Shown here in pieces: positions 63,244-64,000 of a stretch of 64,000 bases of DNA (position 1 is the stretch's first letter; each line of letters opens with the position of its first letter). This stretch comes from Clostridiales bacterium. GTDB taxonomy: Bacteria > Bacillota > Clostridia > Christensenellales > CAG-138. Below the pieces are notes generated by a model. That model was given only the letters and a program-made list of their open reading frames with translations, searched no databases and was not told where the DNA came from. A program made the position numbers and the translations under genes. Location of the stretch: contig JAILRE010000063.1 in the NCBI GenBank assembly GCA_024698505.1, positions 49,615 to 113,614 of the forward strand. Reading direction: 5' to 3'.

Positions 63244-63710
63244 GCATCGCTGTTTTTCCCGGCAGTTTCGATCCTATAACCAACGGGCACGTCGACATAG
63301 TGAAACGGGCCGCCAACGTCTTTGATAAGGTTTACGTTTCAATACTCGACAATCCCGGTAAGGGCGGCGAGTTCACCGTGGAGGAGCGTCTTGAGTTAAT
63401 AAGGGACGCTGTAAAGGATATCCCCAATGCGGTCGCGGACGCAAGCTCCGGCCTTCTCGTCGATTATTGCAGAAGCATAGGAGCGGACGTTATCGTCCGC
63501 GGTATCAGAACGGGCTCCGACGTCGAGTATGAGGCCATGCTTGAGGCCGTCAATTCGAGGATCGCTCCCGAAATATCGACCGTCTACCTGATCTCAAAGC
63601 CCGAGTTCACCTACATCAGCTCGAGCCTCGTCAGGCAGCTCATCAAAATCGGAATTAGCATTGAAGGGCTCGTACCGAATGCTGATCATATAATACTAAG
63701 GAGAGAGTGA
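63240..63710 (+). CDS. coaD: Pantetheine-phosphate adenylyltransferase
   Basis: IAVFPGSFDPITNGHVDIV (T/HxGH) and ISSSLVR. ATGA overlap with rsmD. Confidence 0.92.
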   Translation: MSIAVFPGSFDPITNGHVDIVKRAANVFDKVYVSILDNPGKGGEFTVEERLELIRDAVKDIPNAVADASSGLLVDYCRSIGADVIVRGIRTGSDVEYEAMLEAVNSRIAPEISTVYLISKPEFTYISSSLVRQLIKIGISIEGLVPNADHIILRRE

Positions 63711-63712
63711 AT

Positions 63713-64000
63713 ATGGCAAAGAATGCGGATCCCACAGTAGTCTTGAGTCTTGAGAAGATAAGTGAGCTTGAGGAGATCATCGATTCGAGCCCGGCCCCCC
63801 GTTTCGGCGGCAATACGGACAGGCGCATTATCGACATCGATGAGATCTACAATCTTCTCGGCGACCTGAAAGTAACCATCCCCGAGGACGTTCGCAAGGC
63901 GGACAGCATCATTTCGGACGCGAAGAACATCACCGCCAAGGCGGAGAGCTACGCAGCCGAGATCGTTGACAACGCGCAGGCGAGGGCAGACGCCATCATA
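63713..64000 (+). CDS. Hypothetical coiled-coil protein, 3'-truncated by the window edge
   Basis: Hand translation from ATG 63713 gives MAKNADPTVVLSLEKISELEEIIDSSPAPRFGG...AKAESYAAEIVDNAQARADAI. The frame is open to the window end. No family assigned. Confidence 0.4.
   Translation, partial: MAKNADPTVVLSLEKISELEEIIDSSPAPRFGGNTDRRIIDIDEIYNLLGDLKVTIPEDVRKADSIISDAKNITAKAESYAAEIVDNAQARADAII

Noticed and set aside
1-64000. A window-wide scan for CRISPR arrays, long tandem or inverted repeats, transposases, integrases, phage genes, toxin-antitoxin pairs or known defence-system signatures.
   Set aside because: None were recognised. The only mobility-like trace is the duplicated tRNA-Ala 3' end at 35654-35676. 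By-eye scanning can miss short dispersed repeats, so a computational repeat search is still needed.

Overview
This is a GC-rich, densely coding stretch of a Firmicutes/Clostridia-type chromosome, probably Oscillospiraceae/Ruminococcaceae-like. That placement rests on an ispH-rpsA fusion, hfq, nifS/nifU, a PASTA kinase and dockerin proteins. Most of the window is core housekeeping arranged in long, translationally coupled operons. These are surE-cmk-plsC-ispH/rpsA, miaB-mutS-mutL-miaA-hfq-ynbB, lexA, iscR-nifS-nifU, lon, def-fmt-rsmB-rlmN-stp-prkC-rsgA-rpe-parC, tRNA-Ala(GGC), ppa, yicC-gmk-rpoZ-priA, a radical-SAM pair with RNase G, rplM-rpsI, and uvrC through coaD. I found no CRISPR array, transposase, integrase or recognisable defence system. 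The non-routine content is as follows. (1) A minus-strand surface module at about 49.7-54.4 kb holds two tandem paralogous secreted proteins and a probable lipoprotein serpin. Each paralog has an unassigned, roughly 350-aa Cys-containing N-terminal domain, Listeria-Bacteroides repeats and a dockerin. (2) A stand-alone proteasome-beta-like Ntn-hydrolase ORF has Ser at the nucleophile position and lies between uvrC and recX. (3) There are two unusual in-frame fusions, UvrC with a Cof-type HAD hydrolase and BirA with an NAD(P)HX dehydratase. (4) A PBP5-type DD-carboxypeptidase homolog has all three catalytic motifs replaced. (5) A small islet that looks lower in GC sits at tRNA-Ala, with a duplicated tRNA 3' end and a TfoX_N gene. 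(6) The lexA promoter has a non-canonical perfect inverted repeat and a divergent Cys-rich ORF. (7) Two genes may be leaderless. All calls come from reading the ORF translations and the DNA by eye; no searches or computations were run.
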